58,563 nt of DNA from IMG/VR virus record IMGVR_UViG_3300020045_006445, positions 1 to 58,563 of that record; one strand, 5' to 3'. Under the pieces are notes generated by a model, which was not told where the DNA came from, did not search any database, and worked only from the letters and a program-made list of their open reading frames with translations. Of this stretch, positions 9,020 to 16,946 are shown piece after piece; the first letter of the stretch is position 1; each line of letters starts with the position of its first letter. The DNA is from a virus (Duplodnaviria > Caudoviricetes). Position numbers and translations under genes: made by a program.

Positions 9020-9211
9020 ATGGAAACTTACAAAATTGGAGATATTGTTCCGTACTTAAATACCCGTAGCAATCAAAAAGAAGCAGAAATAACTTCTTTT
9101 AAAGAACTTGAGAACGGCAAAATTTGGTTTTACGGAATCGATACAGTTACTAAGGCAAAAGTGTTTTATCCAGTTCACATTTCTAAAGATCTTAAATCTA
9201 ATAATTTATGA
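9020..9211 (+). CDS. Small hypothetical protein (slot 7A)
   Basis: YKIGDIV...WFYG, SH3/KOW-like pattern. Confidence 0.6.
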   Translation: METYKIGDIVPYLNTRSNQKEAEITSFKELENGKIWFYGIDTVTKAKVFYPVHISKDLKSNNL

Positions 9212-9516
9212 ACCCACTCATACCAAAACAAGAAGCGGAGAAAGCGGCTAATGCCCTTTATCCTAAAAAATTCAATGAGCATTATTCTCAACGAAATCAA
9301 GATAAAAGAGGCGGCTACCGTAAAGCAACCGAAGCCGCCAACGCAAAATACACCCAGGTAACTCCCGTTTTAGAAAAACAAGTTAATTTATTGGGGGAGA
9401 TTGGTGCTTCATTATACGCTTTCAACACAATCAATTTGGACAAATCTGTTGAATTAATGGGTAAAATCAAGTCCGCTTTATCCGATCTCAACGAACTTTT
9501 AAAAACAGAGGAATGA
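9208..9516 (+). CDS. Hypothetical protein (slot 8A; allele at 58333-end)
   Basis: First 44 bp and 9336-9456 are identical to the ORF at the window end; the middle differs. Confidence 0.7.
   Translation: MNPLIPKQEAEKAANALYPKKFNEHYSQRNQDKRGGYRKATEAANAKYTQVTPVLEKQVNLLGEIGASLYAFNTINLDKSVELMGKIKSALSDLNELLKTEE
9336..9456 (+). repeat. 121-bp exact direct repeat of the window end (58443-58563)
   Basis: CGCCAACGCAAAATACACCC...CAAATCTGTTGAATTA identical in both places. Confidence 0.98.
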
Positions 9517-9701
9517 TGGAAAAAACAATCGACGACTTTATTATAGAACTACAAAGAATTAGCGAGGACAAACGAAAATTGCCTTTGGTTATATCGTGTT
9601 CCAATGGAGAGCTTGCCTATCCATCAATAAAAATGCTTTGGAACGATCAATCTGAAATCTTTAGCGGAAAATTACCAGACAAAATGATTATAACTTTTTA
9701 A
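9513..9701 (+). CDS. Hypothetical protein
   Basis: Coupled ORF in small-gene array. Confidence 0.6.
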   Translation: MMEKTIDDFIIELQRISEDKRKLPLVISCSNGELAYPSIKMLWNDQSEIFSGKLPDKMIITF

Positions 9702-9714
9702 AAACATAGTAATT

Positions 9715-10056
9715 ATGAATACAGAAACAAAAGGCGTTTTAATAATTGTTTCAATTGGAATATTGGCAATTTTTATACTTACTCAAATCGAAAAAATAAA
9801 AAGAAAATCCTATCAAAAAGGATGGAATGAAGGCAGAAAAGATATTGCAAATAGACTTTCTGGATCAACTTTTTGGATAAAAGAAAATCCAATGCTTACA
9901 AACTTTTTATGGATAGTTTCAAACTACATAAAGGAATTTGACAATTTAGACATCGATAACGTCAGGAATAAAATACAAAATCTAGGAAATACTAAAGTTC
10001 ACGATTTGCCAATTGATGAACGAAAAGAATACTTTCCAAAAAACCAATCAAAATGA
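9715..10056 (+). CDS. Hypothetical membrane-anchored protein
   Basis: N-terminal hydrophobic helix GVLIIVSIGILAIFIL. Confidence 0.6.
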   Translation: MNTETKGVLIIVSIGILAIFILTQIEKIKRKSYQKGWNEGRKDIANRLSGSTFWIKENPMLTNFLWIVSNYIKEFDNLDIDNVRNKIQNLGNTKVHDLPIDERKEYFPKNQSK

Positions 10057-10484
10057 TCACAAAAAAACACGCATCCGAAGCCTTTGGATATGGGTATAGG
10101 ATTGAGTACTTAGGAAAGCAATTTCTCCCTGAAAGAGTTTCAGATTTAGATTTTTACGGATCTTTTGAAGGTGGAAGGTCTTTTTATGTACCCTTTGAAT
10201 GGTTTGGGGACACTGCCAAAATCCTATCGCGCCCATTTTCACACCTAACGAAAGAAATTACCGTTGACGGGGAAACATTTGTGCCTATTGAAAGATTAAA
10301 AAAGCAGTTTTACAATATTGAGTGGAGGTATATTACAATGCCATTTAACGTGGACATTGCACTTGACTCGAATAGCGGGATAAATTTTGAATTGACTTAT
10401 GATGAAATGGATGAAGTTCTTGGAAAACTAAAACAATGGGGCTTTTCATTTTTTGACGATAGCGTGGTTAAATGGATGGAATAA
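10053..10484 (+). CDS. Hypothetical protein
   Basis: KILSRPFSHLTKEITVDGETFVPIE motif common in Bacteroidota phage early genes. Confidence 0.65.
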   Translation: MITKKHASEAFGYGYRIEYLGKQFLPERVSDLDFYGSFEGGRSFYVPFEWFGDTAKILSRPFSHLTKEITVDGETFVPIERLKKQFYNIEWRYITMPFNVDIALDSNSGINFELTYDEMDEVLGKLKQWGFSFFDDSVVKWME

Positions 10485-10540
10485 CTTAAAAATTAATTAT
10501 TAATCAGGCGAACTTATCGGTTCGTTGCAATACTAAAATT

Positions 10541-10741
10541 ATGGCAGAAAAAATTAAAATCACAGGATTTCACTTAGAAAGGGAATTGGTAAATAATCAA
10601 TTAAGGTTGATAATGACTGATGAAAATGGCGAGGAATATGTTCTCTCGGAAAGAACGGCTTGTTCGGAAGGTGGTCAATCTCAGATTATTTGTAAAAAAT
10701 CAGAAGATTGGTATTTCAATCCTGAAAACAAATTAAAATGA
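10541..10741 (+). CDS. Hypothetical protein
   Basis: ORF with A-rich leader. Confidence 0.55.
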   Translation: MAEKIKITGFHLERELVNNQLRLIMTDENGEEYVLSERTACSEGGQSQIICKKSEDWYFNPENKLK

Positions 10742-11031
10742 AAAATGAATTTCACCCAATGTGGAAGCGGCCACAGGTTTGTAAATACGATGACAGGCTC
10801 AGCGAAACCGTGATTGTTTACGGTATTGATTTCGACAAAACAGACATAGACAACAGTAAAATTGATGATGCCGTGTTAGGCTGGTTTGATTTTGAAAAAC
10901 AAGAATGGTTTGTGCATTCCGATGATTCATCAATGCTTATTTGTTGGGCTGAAATACCCAATCCACAGGATTTTATGAAAGATAAGTTTCGTGATTGGTC
11001 TGTCGAATTCCACAACGGTTATCAGCAATGA
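10738..11031 (+). CDS. Hypothetical protein (DUF551-like)
   Basis: W-RP...GWF...EW...ICWAEIP pattern. Confidence 0.55.
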   Translation: MKNEFHPMWKRPQVCKYDDRLSETVIVYGIDFDKTDIDNSKIDDAVLGWFDFEKQEWFVHSDDSSMLICWAEIPNPQDFMKDKFRDWSVEFHNGYQQ

Positions 11032-11089
11032 CCGCTAACCAAATAACCAACCCCTTTCCATTCACACGGATGGGATAAAATTAAAAGAT

Positions 11090-11839
11090 ATGAAAATAAC
11101 AGATTTGACAGAGAATGACGCGGTGCATTGTGCGACGAGAAAAGAATTTGAGAGAATATATGAATTGCTGCCAAACAGACAATTTAATTTTAGAAATGTT
11201 TTTGAAAAACCTGTAAACACACACGTAGTTTATAAAAATGGAGATTTATCCACGATTCAAAGAGCGAAAAATCACCAAATTAACATCATTCCATCCGAGC
11301 AAATAACAGACACCGTTGAAGCGACTGCAAATAACGAGGTCGTTTTTAAACCAAAAATACACGATTGGTTTGAATTGTCTTATGCGCAATATTTAACCAT
11401 CCCTAGGTCAGCTTTACAGTCAATGCCAGATGTTTGGCAAGAGGTTTTTACCGCGCATCTTGAAGAGCTTGACAGCGCAATTGATTGGCGACCAGAAAAC
11501 GGACGTTACTGGGTCAGACTACGTGATGAAAATGGCAGGTATGTTTCAGACCCGTTACAAGATTATCAAAGAGGCAGGCGAGTAATCCCTTTCGTTGACG
11601 GCTATGCCCCTGCTTCGAGTGAATCCAAACTGCTTACAGAGGCGGTCGAGATATTAAACAAATCTGAACCTTGGCCGTTAAGAAACATTTTATCAAAGCT
11701 AGTCGAGGCTTCCGAAATATTGCTTCACGACAAAAATTATGATGGACACGGATGGGAAAATATATCAGTTTGTGCGGATTTAGCAAAACGATATGTTATT
11801 GAAATCGAATCATTCCTATCAAAAAACAATAAACCATGA
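11090..11839 (+). CDS. Multi-module hypothetical protein
   Basis: Three apparent modules: AVHCAT-KEF; IHDWFELSYAQYLTIPRSALQSMP; PWPL-ILSKL-EA-EILLH-KNYDGHGWE. Confidence 0.7.
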   Translation: MKITDLTENDAVHCATRKEFERIYELLPNRQFNFRNVFEKPVNTHVVYKNGDLSTIQRAKNHQINIIPSEQITDTVEATANNEVVFKPKIHDWFELSYAQYLTIPRSALQSMPDVWQEVFTAHLEELDSAIDWRPENGRYWVRLRDENGRYVSDPLQDYQRGRRVIPFVDGYAPASSESKLLTEAVEILNKSEPWPLRNILSKLVEASEILLHDKNYDGHGWENISVCADLAKRYVIEIESFLSKNNKP

Positions 11840-12210
11840 TCCAACTAACCGAAAACCACTATTTAATACCTGTGCCGAAAGAGGCGCATGGTTTTAAGTC
11901 AAAAGCCTCGTTTATGGGCTTCGATGATATTCGTCAATTACGTCAAATAGGTTTTCCGTTCCGCATCCTCTTAACCGTAACCAAAGATGAAATCATTGGC
12001 GATCTGGCAGGAATTGCACCGCATAACGTTTACGCGTTAATCCAATCAAAAGATGTGTGGTTTGAGAATCCGATCCCAGAACCAGAAATGCAAGGCGGAT
12101 ATGATGAAAACGGAAATGGAGTTGGCGGTTATGACCCCGCTTGGGTTGATGAATGGAACACCGCCCAACAAAAAGTAATTGACAAAGCAATAATAATTGA
12201 GAAAATATGA
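11836..12210 (+). CDS. Hypothetical protein
   Basis: Coupled ORF. Confidence 0.6.
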   Translation: MIQLTENHYLIPVPKEAHGFKSKASFMGFDDIRQLRQIGFPFRILLTVTKDEIIGDLAGIAPHNVYALIQSKDVWFENPIPEPEMQGGYDENGNGVGGYDPAWVDEWNTAQQKVIDKAIIIEKI

Positions 12211-12494
12211 AAACACTTAATAAAGTCGAGATTATTCCAGTATTCAATGATTTCTGCCCGTCAGACGAAGATATGATGCCGAATCATATTTACATATCTG
12301 AAAAATATAAGTCAGCAAATCATTTGTGCCTTTGTGGATGCGGTAATCTGGTAATCCTGCCTATTTATAACGATGGATGGAAACTGATTAAAGAAGGCAA
12401 TGGAAAAGTTTCGTTTACGCCAAGTGTTGGTAATTACCAGATAAAATGTAAATCGCATTATATCATCACTAATAACGTTGCAAATTTTGTTTAA
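12207..12494 (+). CDS. DUF6527-like Cys/His protein
   Basis: HLCLCGCG...W...VSFTPSVGN...CKSHYIIT. Confidence 0.7.
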   Translation: MKTLNKVEIIPVFNDFCPSDEDMMPNHIYISEKYKSANHLCLCGCGNLVILPIYNDGWKLIKEGNGKVSFTPSVGNYQIKCKSHYIITNNVANFV

Positions 12495-12529
12495 TACTTA
12501 ACCGTTATCTAACCTGCAAATTCAATCAA

Positions 12530-12658
12530 ATGAAAATTCGTAAATTAATTTTAAAATGGCTATTTAAAACAAAAGATACTTGTATTTTATGCTTTAAAAA
12601 TAAGTTCGATTATCACGGATTTTGCAAAAGTTGTGGTAAAAATATAAATAGCAATTAA
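12530..12658 (+). CDS. Small zinc-finger protein (42 aa, not in ORF track)
   Basis: CILC...CKSCG. Confidence 0.45.
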   Translation: MKIRKLILKWLFKTKDTCILCFKNKFDYHGFCKSCGKNINSN

Positions 12659-12677
12659 TAAATAAAAAACAATAATT

Positions 12678-12854
12678 ATGTGTAATACTGCTTGGTGTTT
12701 TGGTGAATGTGATGAGTGCATTCAAGATAAGAAAAAAGAAGAAAGATATATTGACGATTCTGCACAATGTCCATATAAGGCTAAATGTAATTTTGAAACA
12801 TTAGACATCAAAACCGACAGATGTGCGACGTGTGGTGAAATATTTAACTATTAA
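12678..12854 (+). CDS. Small Cys-rich protein (58 aa, 8 Cys, not in ORF track)
   Basis: MCNTAWCFGECDEC...CPYKAKC...CATCG. Confidence 0.55.
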   Translation: MCNTAWCFGECDECIQDKKKEERYIDDSAQCPYKAKCNFETLDIKTDRCATCGEIFNY

Positions 12855-12905
12855 ACAAAAAACCAACAACCAACCGCTGATTTAGGCGGGTAACAAATAG
12901 AGATT

Positions 12906-13052
12906 ATGAAACCTAAAGTAAGAAAAAAATTAACGTCTGTAGTTGGCGCATCCGCGTCTTTCAACGTCGAGCCAAGCGATAAACTTTTATTGGCTGTTAA
13001 TGAAATGGCTTCCAAAGCCTATGTACAATTCTCAAAAAAAAATACAAAATGA
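12906..13052 (+). CDS. Small hypothetical protein (48 aa)
   Basis: AGAGATTATG leader like its neighbours; stop overlaps the next start. Confidence 0.45.
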   Translation: MKPKVRKKLTSVVGASASFNVEPSDKLLLAVNEMASKAYVQFSKKNTK

Positions 13053-13288
13053 AACGCTGGGAAACAGAAATGCAGGTAATCAACCAAGAAACGAAAGAGC
13101 CTGTTTGGGTTGAAGGCATGGTTGTAATAGCTTTCACAAGACAGAAAGCACAGGAAATATTGAACAAATACAACTATCATTATCTCGTTTTGGGCGATGA
13201 AATAATTTGCGAGATTCCTTGCAAAAAAGGCACTCTTGATCCCGACTGGGAAAAAATGATAGATTATGAAGCAATAAGAGATAATTAA
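13049..13288 (+). CDS. Hypothetical protein
   Basis: Coupled ORF. Confidence 0.55.
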   Translation: MKRWETEMQVINQETKEPVWVEGMVVIAFTRQKAQEILNKYNYHYLVLGDEIICEIPCKKGTLDPDWEKMIDYEAIRDN

Positions 13289-13330
13289 CCAACCCACAAC
13301 CCGCCTTTGAGGTGAAAAAATTAGGAGAAT

Positions 13331-13639
13331 ATGGCAAAATTATATTTTAGATTAGACAATCAAGAATTTGCTTACGACAAAGAAACTATACTCGATCAAA
13401 TGCGGTTTGAAGGAATTGAAAAATTATCGATTTTTGAAGCCGAGCGAGAAACCGGTGTAGATCACTTTTATTGTCAAGCACTTGGATTTGTCGGTTTAGT
13501 TGGTGAAAGATGCGGCAAAGAATGCGAATCTTACAAACCTAGAAACGGCAAAAACGGCAGGTGCGTTCATTCTGGATATTGCTATACACAAACTGACAAA
13601 TCAATAACGCTATCAATAAACCCCCAACAACCAAAATAA
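13331..13639 (+). CDS. Cys-rich hypothetical protein
   Basis: FYC...CGKECESYKPRNGKNGRCVH. Confidence 0.65.
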   Translation: MAKLYFRLDNQEFAYDKETILDQMRFEGIEKLSIFEAERETGVDHFYCQALGFVGLVGERCGKECESYKPRNGKNGRCVHSGYCYTQTDKSITLSINPQQPK

Positions 13640-13672
13640 GAGAAATGGAAACACTTAGCGAATTATTTTGCT

Positions 13673-13845
13673 ATTTAGAATTTGTATAAACAGCATTAAC
13701 CTATTGCACAACCCAAAATAACACATTACTTTTGATTTGTTCTTCTCAGGAACCCACACAAAAAATATTTAAAAGCCCAACGTCGCCAACTACGTTTCCC
13801 TGAGAAGAACCTAAACGGCCAATTACGTTTGGGCTTTAACTTTTT
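13673..13845 (+). promoter_or_regulatory. Promoter with upstream Fur-like box and interleaved-helix leader
   Basis: Box ATTTAGAATTTGTATAAAC 13673-13691; TTG 13704; TACTTTTG 13727-13734; 12-bp pair 13739-13750/13799-13810 crossing 13772-13783/13825-13837. Confidence 0.7.
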
Positions 13846-13859
13846 AATACATTTTGGTT

Positions 13860-14084
13860 ATGACTAAAGTAGAACAACTTACACAATTAGGTATTATTGG
13901 CGACATACGCCAAAGAAATGGTGTTGACGCTGACGATGCGGCCGAAGATGAAAACATCAACAAAATGACTAACGACGGTATTTTAAAAGCCTACGCTGGT
14001 TGGCACTTGGGCGACCCTTATTGGTGGACAATATTTAAAAACCAATTTGACGCATTAGAACGAATGGATAAACTAACCAAATAA
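13860..14084 (+). CDS. Hypothetical protein
   Basis: ATG 13860 after structured leader; GDIRQR-G...GWHLGDPYWW. Confidence 0.65.
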   Translation: MTKVEQLTQLGIIGDIRQRNGVDADDAAEDENINKMTNDGILKAYAGWHLGDPYWWTIFKNQFDALERMDKLTK

Positions 14085-14167
14085 CCCGCTCTTAGACCGT
14101 TCGCCTTACTGGGTTCTCACTTCTTGGGCAATAATCGGAGGGGAGCGGGTTTTAAAACTACAACAAA

Positions 14168-14377
14168 ATGACACAAGAATTAATAATTGAAAAAATGACC
14201 GAAGCGGGCGTTAAAAACTTGAAAGAATTTGGTTATCCTGCGGTAAATTCAGAAAATATTTTTACCGACATTATATACGCTGGGTTTTTCAAATCCATGC
14301 TTAAAGACAACAAAGGAAGTTCAAAACAAATCGACGATGCAATTGATGTGTTGTTGGCTAAAATCAAAACGGAATGA
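14168..14377 (+). CDS. Hypothetical protein
   Basis: AGVKNLKEFGYP...IFTDIIY..FFKSML. Confidence 0.65.
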   Translation: MTQELIIEKMTEAGVKNLKEFGYPAVNSENIFTDIIYAGFFKSMLKDNKGSSKQIDDAIDVLLAKIKTE

Positions 14378-14535
14378 TACAAAAACTACTATGCCTAATC
14401 GGCTTTCACAAATGGCAACTAATCTCATCGCATTACAGAATGGATTGTTACGGTGAAAAATACGAGAATAAAGAACGCTGCGAAGTTTGCGGTGTTGAAC
14501 GGATTGTTAAATCAGAAAATCAGATGTTTGTATAA
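14374..14535 (+). CDS. DUF1660-like small zinc-binding protein (53 aa, not in ORF track)
   Basis: KLLCLIGFHKW...CEVCG. Confidence 0.55.
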   Translation: MIQKLLCLIGFHKWQLISSHYRMDCYGEKYENKERCEVCGVERIVKSENQMFV

Positions 14536-14894
14536 TGGAAAATAAAGACAGATTGAAAGTTGGATTAAAGGTTTGGACAAGAGGTTCTGGCAGACGCGCT
14601 TTAGATTCTGAAATGATTAATGAATGTATTGTTTCAAAAGTTGGTAAAAAATATTTTGAACTAAATAATGACAGTCGATATAAATATCAAATTGAAAACT
14701 TGAGAATCGTTAGCGACTTTAGCAGTTCGGTCGTTTATTTTGAAAAGCAACCGATTCTTGACGAAATTGAGTTAGCTGAAACAAGGGAGTTTTTAAGAAA
14801 GTCTTTTGACACGCTTTCTCATACACGTTCAAAATACTCACTCGATCAGTTAAGACGGGTTAAACAAATACTAGACGAATCATGCGAATCATAA
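14535..14894 (+). CDS. Hypothetical protein (beta-barrel, VSKVGKKYF)
   Basis: LKVG-KVW...VSKVGKKYF motif. Confidence 0.65.
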   Translation: MENKDRLKVGLKVWTRGSGRRALDSEMINECIVSKVGKKYFELNNDSRYKYQIENLRIVSDFSSSVVYFEKQPILDEIELAETREFLRKSFDTLSHTRSKYSLDQLRRVKQILDESCES

Positions 14895-15070
14895 ACCTAA
14901 CCCCGCTAACAACGCAACAAATAGCCCGTCGAGCAAACAACAGTCGCGCAGTTGAACGATTTGCAAAGTGCCGCCCATTCACACAAGAAATGAAAAAACA
15001 AGCCCGCACAGCGCAAATAATTGAATTTTGCAATAATGCGATGCCGAATTGGTTGAAATTTAAAAATTAG
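14882..15070 (+). CDS. Hypothetical protein
   Basis: Overlapping small ORF. Confidence 0.45.
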   Translation: MRIINLTPLTTQQIARRANNSRAVERFAKCRPFTQEMKKQARTAQIIEFCNNAMPNWLKFKN

Positions 15071-15075
15071 AAGAT

Positions 15076-15330
15076 ATGATGTTAGGAAACTTACCTGTAA
15101 AACAGATGGAACAAAGATTAGGAATTGAATTTCCTCAAGACGTTAGCGATTTTATGAATCAAAATCACCAAGCCAACGCAAACGATATTAAGACAGGTAA
15201 ATGGCACTGTTTCGATTTACCTTTTCATTTGGTTTGTGGGGATTTAGAAACCGCTACCAAAATATACAATTCAGTAAAAGACAGATCGTCCGAGTGCAAA
15301 GTAACTTTGCAAATATCAATCAGTAATTAA
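15076..15330 (+). CDS. Hypothetical protein
   Basis: LGNL-V-QME-RLGI...WHCFDLPF. Confidence 0.65.
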   Translation: MMLGNLPVKQMEQRLGIEFPQDVSDFMNQNHQANANDIKTGKWHCFDLPFHLVCGDLETATKIYNSVKDRSSECKVTLQISISN

Positions 15331-15367
15331 CTTTTCCCGCCTTGTTCGGGATAAAAATTTAGAGATT

Positions 15368-15589
15368 ATGGAAAATAAAAAACCAAAGAATCCGAGTGCA
15401 TTTCCAATCGTAGGAGCAAACACAATTAAATCAGAGGGTATGACTTTACGCGATCACTTTGCGGGATTAGCAATGCAGGGGCTTTATGCTTCTGGAAAAG
15501 CGTCTGATTTTTCAAAAGAAGCTATTGAAATTGACGCCGTTCTTTTTTACAATATTGCAGACGCAATGCTTAAACAGCGCGAGTTATGA
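15368..15589 (+). CDS. Conserved phage protein (PAFP...GMTLRD-FA--AMQG family)
   Basis: SAFP, GMTLRDHFAGLAMQG, YNIADAML. Confidence 0.75.
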   Translation: MENKKPKNPSAFPIVGANTIKSEGMTLRDHFAGLAMQGLYASGKASDFSKEAIEIDAVLFYNIADAMLKQREL

Positions 15590-15837
15590 ACGACACATAT
15601 AATTCACCCCCCGCCCCAACTTACTACACCAATTCAGAACAGTACGAATGGTGCGTCCGAATCGATGGGGATGTGCAACTTGTGTTTAAGTGGCACGAGG
15701 ACAAAGAAGCGAAACGGCAATTTCACTTAGCAAAGGTTAACGACCACGAAGCCCAAAACATCAAACTGCAAAAACACGATGTTATTAACGGACGGTTTGA
15801 GACGGTTGAAGAATTTAAAAGAGAAAGCGATGTTTAA
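15586..15837 (+). CDS. Hypothetical protein
   Basis: Coupled ORF. Confidence 0.55.
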   Translation: MNDTYNSPPAPTYYTNSEQYEWCVRIDGDVQLVFKWHEDKEAKRQFHLAKVNDHEAQNIKLQKHDVINGRFETVEEFKRESDV

Positions 15838-16099
15838 GATAGGACAGAAAGTTGTTTGTGTAAAGAACTCAGATGATGGAAAACTATTTAAAGACAATAT
15901 TTATGTAGTTGAAGATATTTTTGAACCCGTTGTTACCGAGTATGGAATTAAAGTTTTTGGGGTAAGTTCTCCACACTATACTGGCGCATATCGAGCAAGT
16001 AATTTCCGCCCACTAGACGAAACATTCACGCACGAAACAATCGCAATGCTGAATGAGCATTTTAAGACCGTTGAAACCGAAATAATGCAGCCGTTATGA
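15830..16099 (+). CDS. Hypothetical protein (MFKIGQKVVC family)
   Basis: Likely start at ATG 15830; ends with FRPLD motif. Confidence 0.6.
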   Translation: MFKIGQKVVCVKNSDDGKLFKDNIYVVEDIFEPVVTEYGIKVFGVSSPHYTGAYRASNFRPLDETFTHETIAMLNEHFKTVETEIMQPL

Positions 16100-16395
16100 A
16101 CTACTATCAAGTACATAAAAACAAAACAGCTAAGCGAATAAAACGAAATCGCAAATTTGATCCGCGCGTTCCGTTAATGGCAATGAGTGCGGCAATGAGT
16201 GCGGTACAATTTAACATACTAATATCACAACCAATGGGCAAAGCAGAAAAGGCAAAACAGGTCTTTAATGTAGTAACAAGTGCAGCGGGTGCAATTATGA
16301 ACATTGAACGCGATTACCGATTACATCAATTCAAGATAACTGGCAAATACGGACGCGGCACAATCAATAAGAGAATCGTAACTCCAACACTATGA
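16096..16395 (+). CDS. Hypothetical protein
   Basis: Coupled ORF. Confidence 0.55.
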   Translation: MNYYQVHKNKTAKRIKRNRKFDPRVPLMAMSAAMSAVQFNILISQPMGKAEKAKQVFNVVTSAAGAIMNIERDYRLHQFKITGKYGRGTINKRIVTPTL

Positions 16396-16586
16396 CCAAC
16401 ACCCTCCAACAAATCCGACAATCAAAAGCGCAACTTAAAAAGGATCTGCAATTGCGGATTGAGAAGTTTGCGAAAGAGAATCCTGGCGTACAATTCCGCA
16501 TCCACATAACAACAGAGTTTGCAACGGATCAGGTCGGCCGGCACGAGTTGGTAATGCATACGGTTAGCGTTGAGGTGGTAATTTAA
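16392..16586 (+). CDS. Hypothetical protein
   Basis: Coupled ORF. Confidence 0.55.
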   Translation: MTNTLQQIRQSKAQLKKDLQLRIEKFAKENPGVQFRIHITTEFATDQVGRHELVMHTVSVEVVI

Positions 16587-16599
16587 TACAAAAAACAAG

Positions 16600-16797
16600 A
16601 TGAAAAAAAAGCTAACAATAACAGGTATATTCAACGATGCGTTGACAAACTACGAAAACAAAGAATCTTCAATTTCAATGATTGTTGATTTTGATGAGGA
16701 TTGCCAATGCAGAGCAGGACACGTTTGTTTTTTGCATCGAGAGATTAAGGGATACGTTTATACTGACGTTGAAGAAGAACCGCCTGTATCGGAGTAA
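16600..16797 (+). CDS. Hypothetical protein
   Basis: Last ORF of the small-gene array. Confidence 0.5.
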   Translation: MKKKLTITGIFNDALTNYENKESSISMIVDFDEDCQCRAGHVCFLHREIKGYVYTDVEEEPPVSE

Positions 16798-16934
16798 TTT
16801 AGAACCATTCCAAACCAACAATTCATTACCTTTACATATTGCCAAACGTCGTACTTTGGCTAACAAAATCAAAGGCTTTCCGATTGAACCGTGTACGACT
16901 TTTAGCGGGGAGATTGGGAAGCTTTAATCTTTTT
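16797..16934 (+). promoter_or_regulatory. Fur-like box promoter and structured leader of recombination/replication operon
   Basis: ATTTAGAACCATTCCAAAC 16797-16815, 11-bp gap, TACCTTTA 16827-16834; GTCGTAC 16848-16854 pairs with GTACGAC 16893-16899 inside hairpin 16871-16885/16912-16925. Confidence 0.65.
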
Positions 16935-16946
16935 ACACACGCAGCA

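Noticed and set aside
6875-9456. Anchors as CRISPR repeats or a DGR template/variable repeat
   Set aside because: The spacers are whole genes, the repeats are not tandem copies of one unit, the differences are not adenine-specific, and no cas or reverse transcriptase gene is seen.
14083-14153. tRNA gene
   Set aside because: No T-loop GTTCRA, no D-loop signature, no CCA; I found no tRNA elsewhere by eye.
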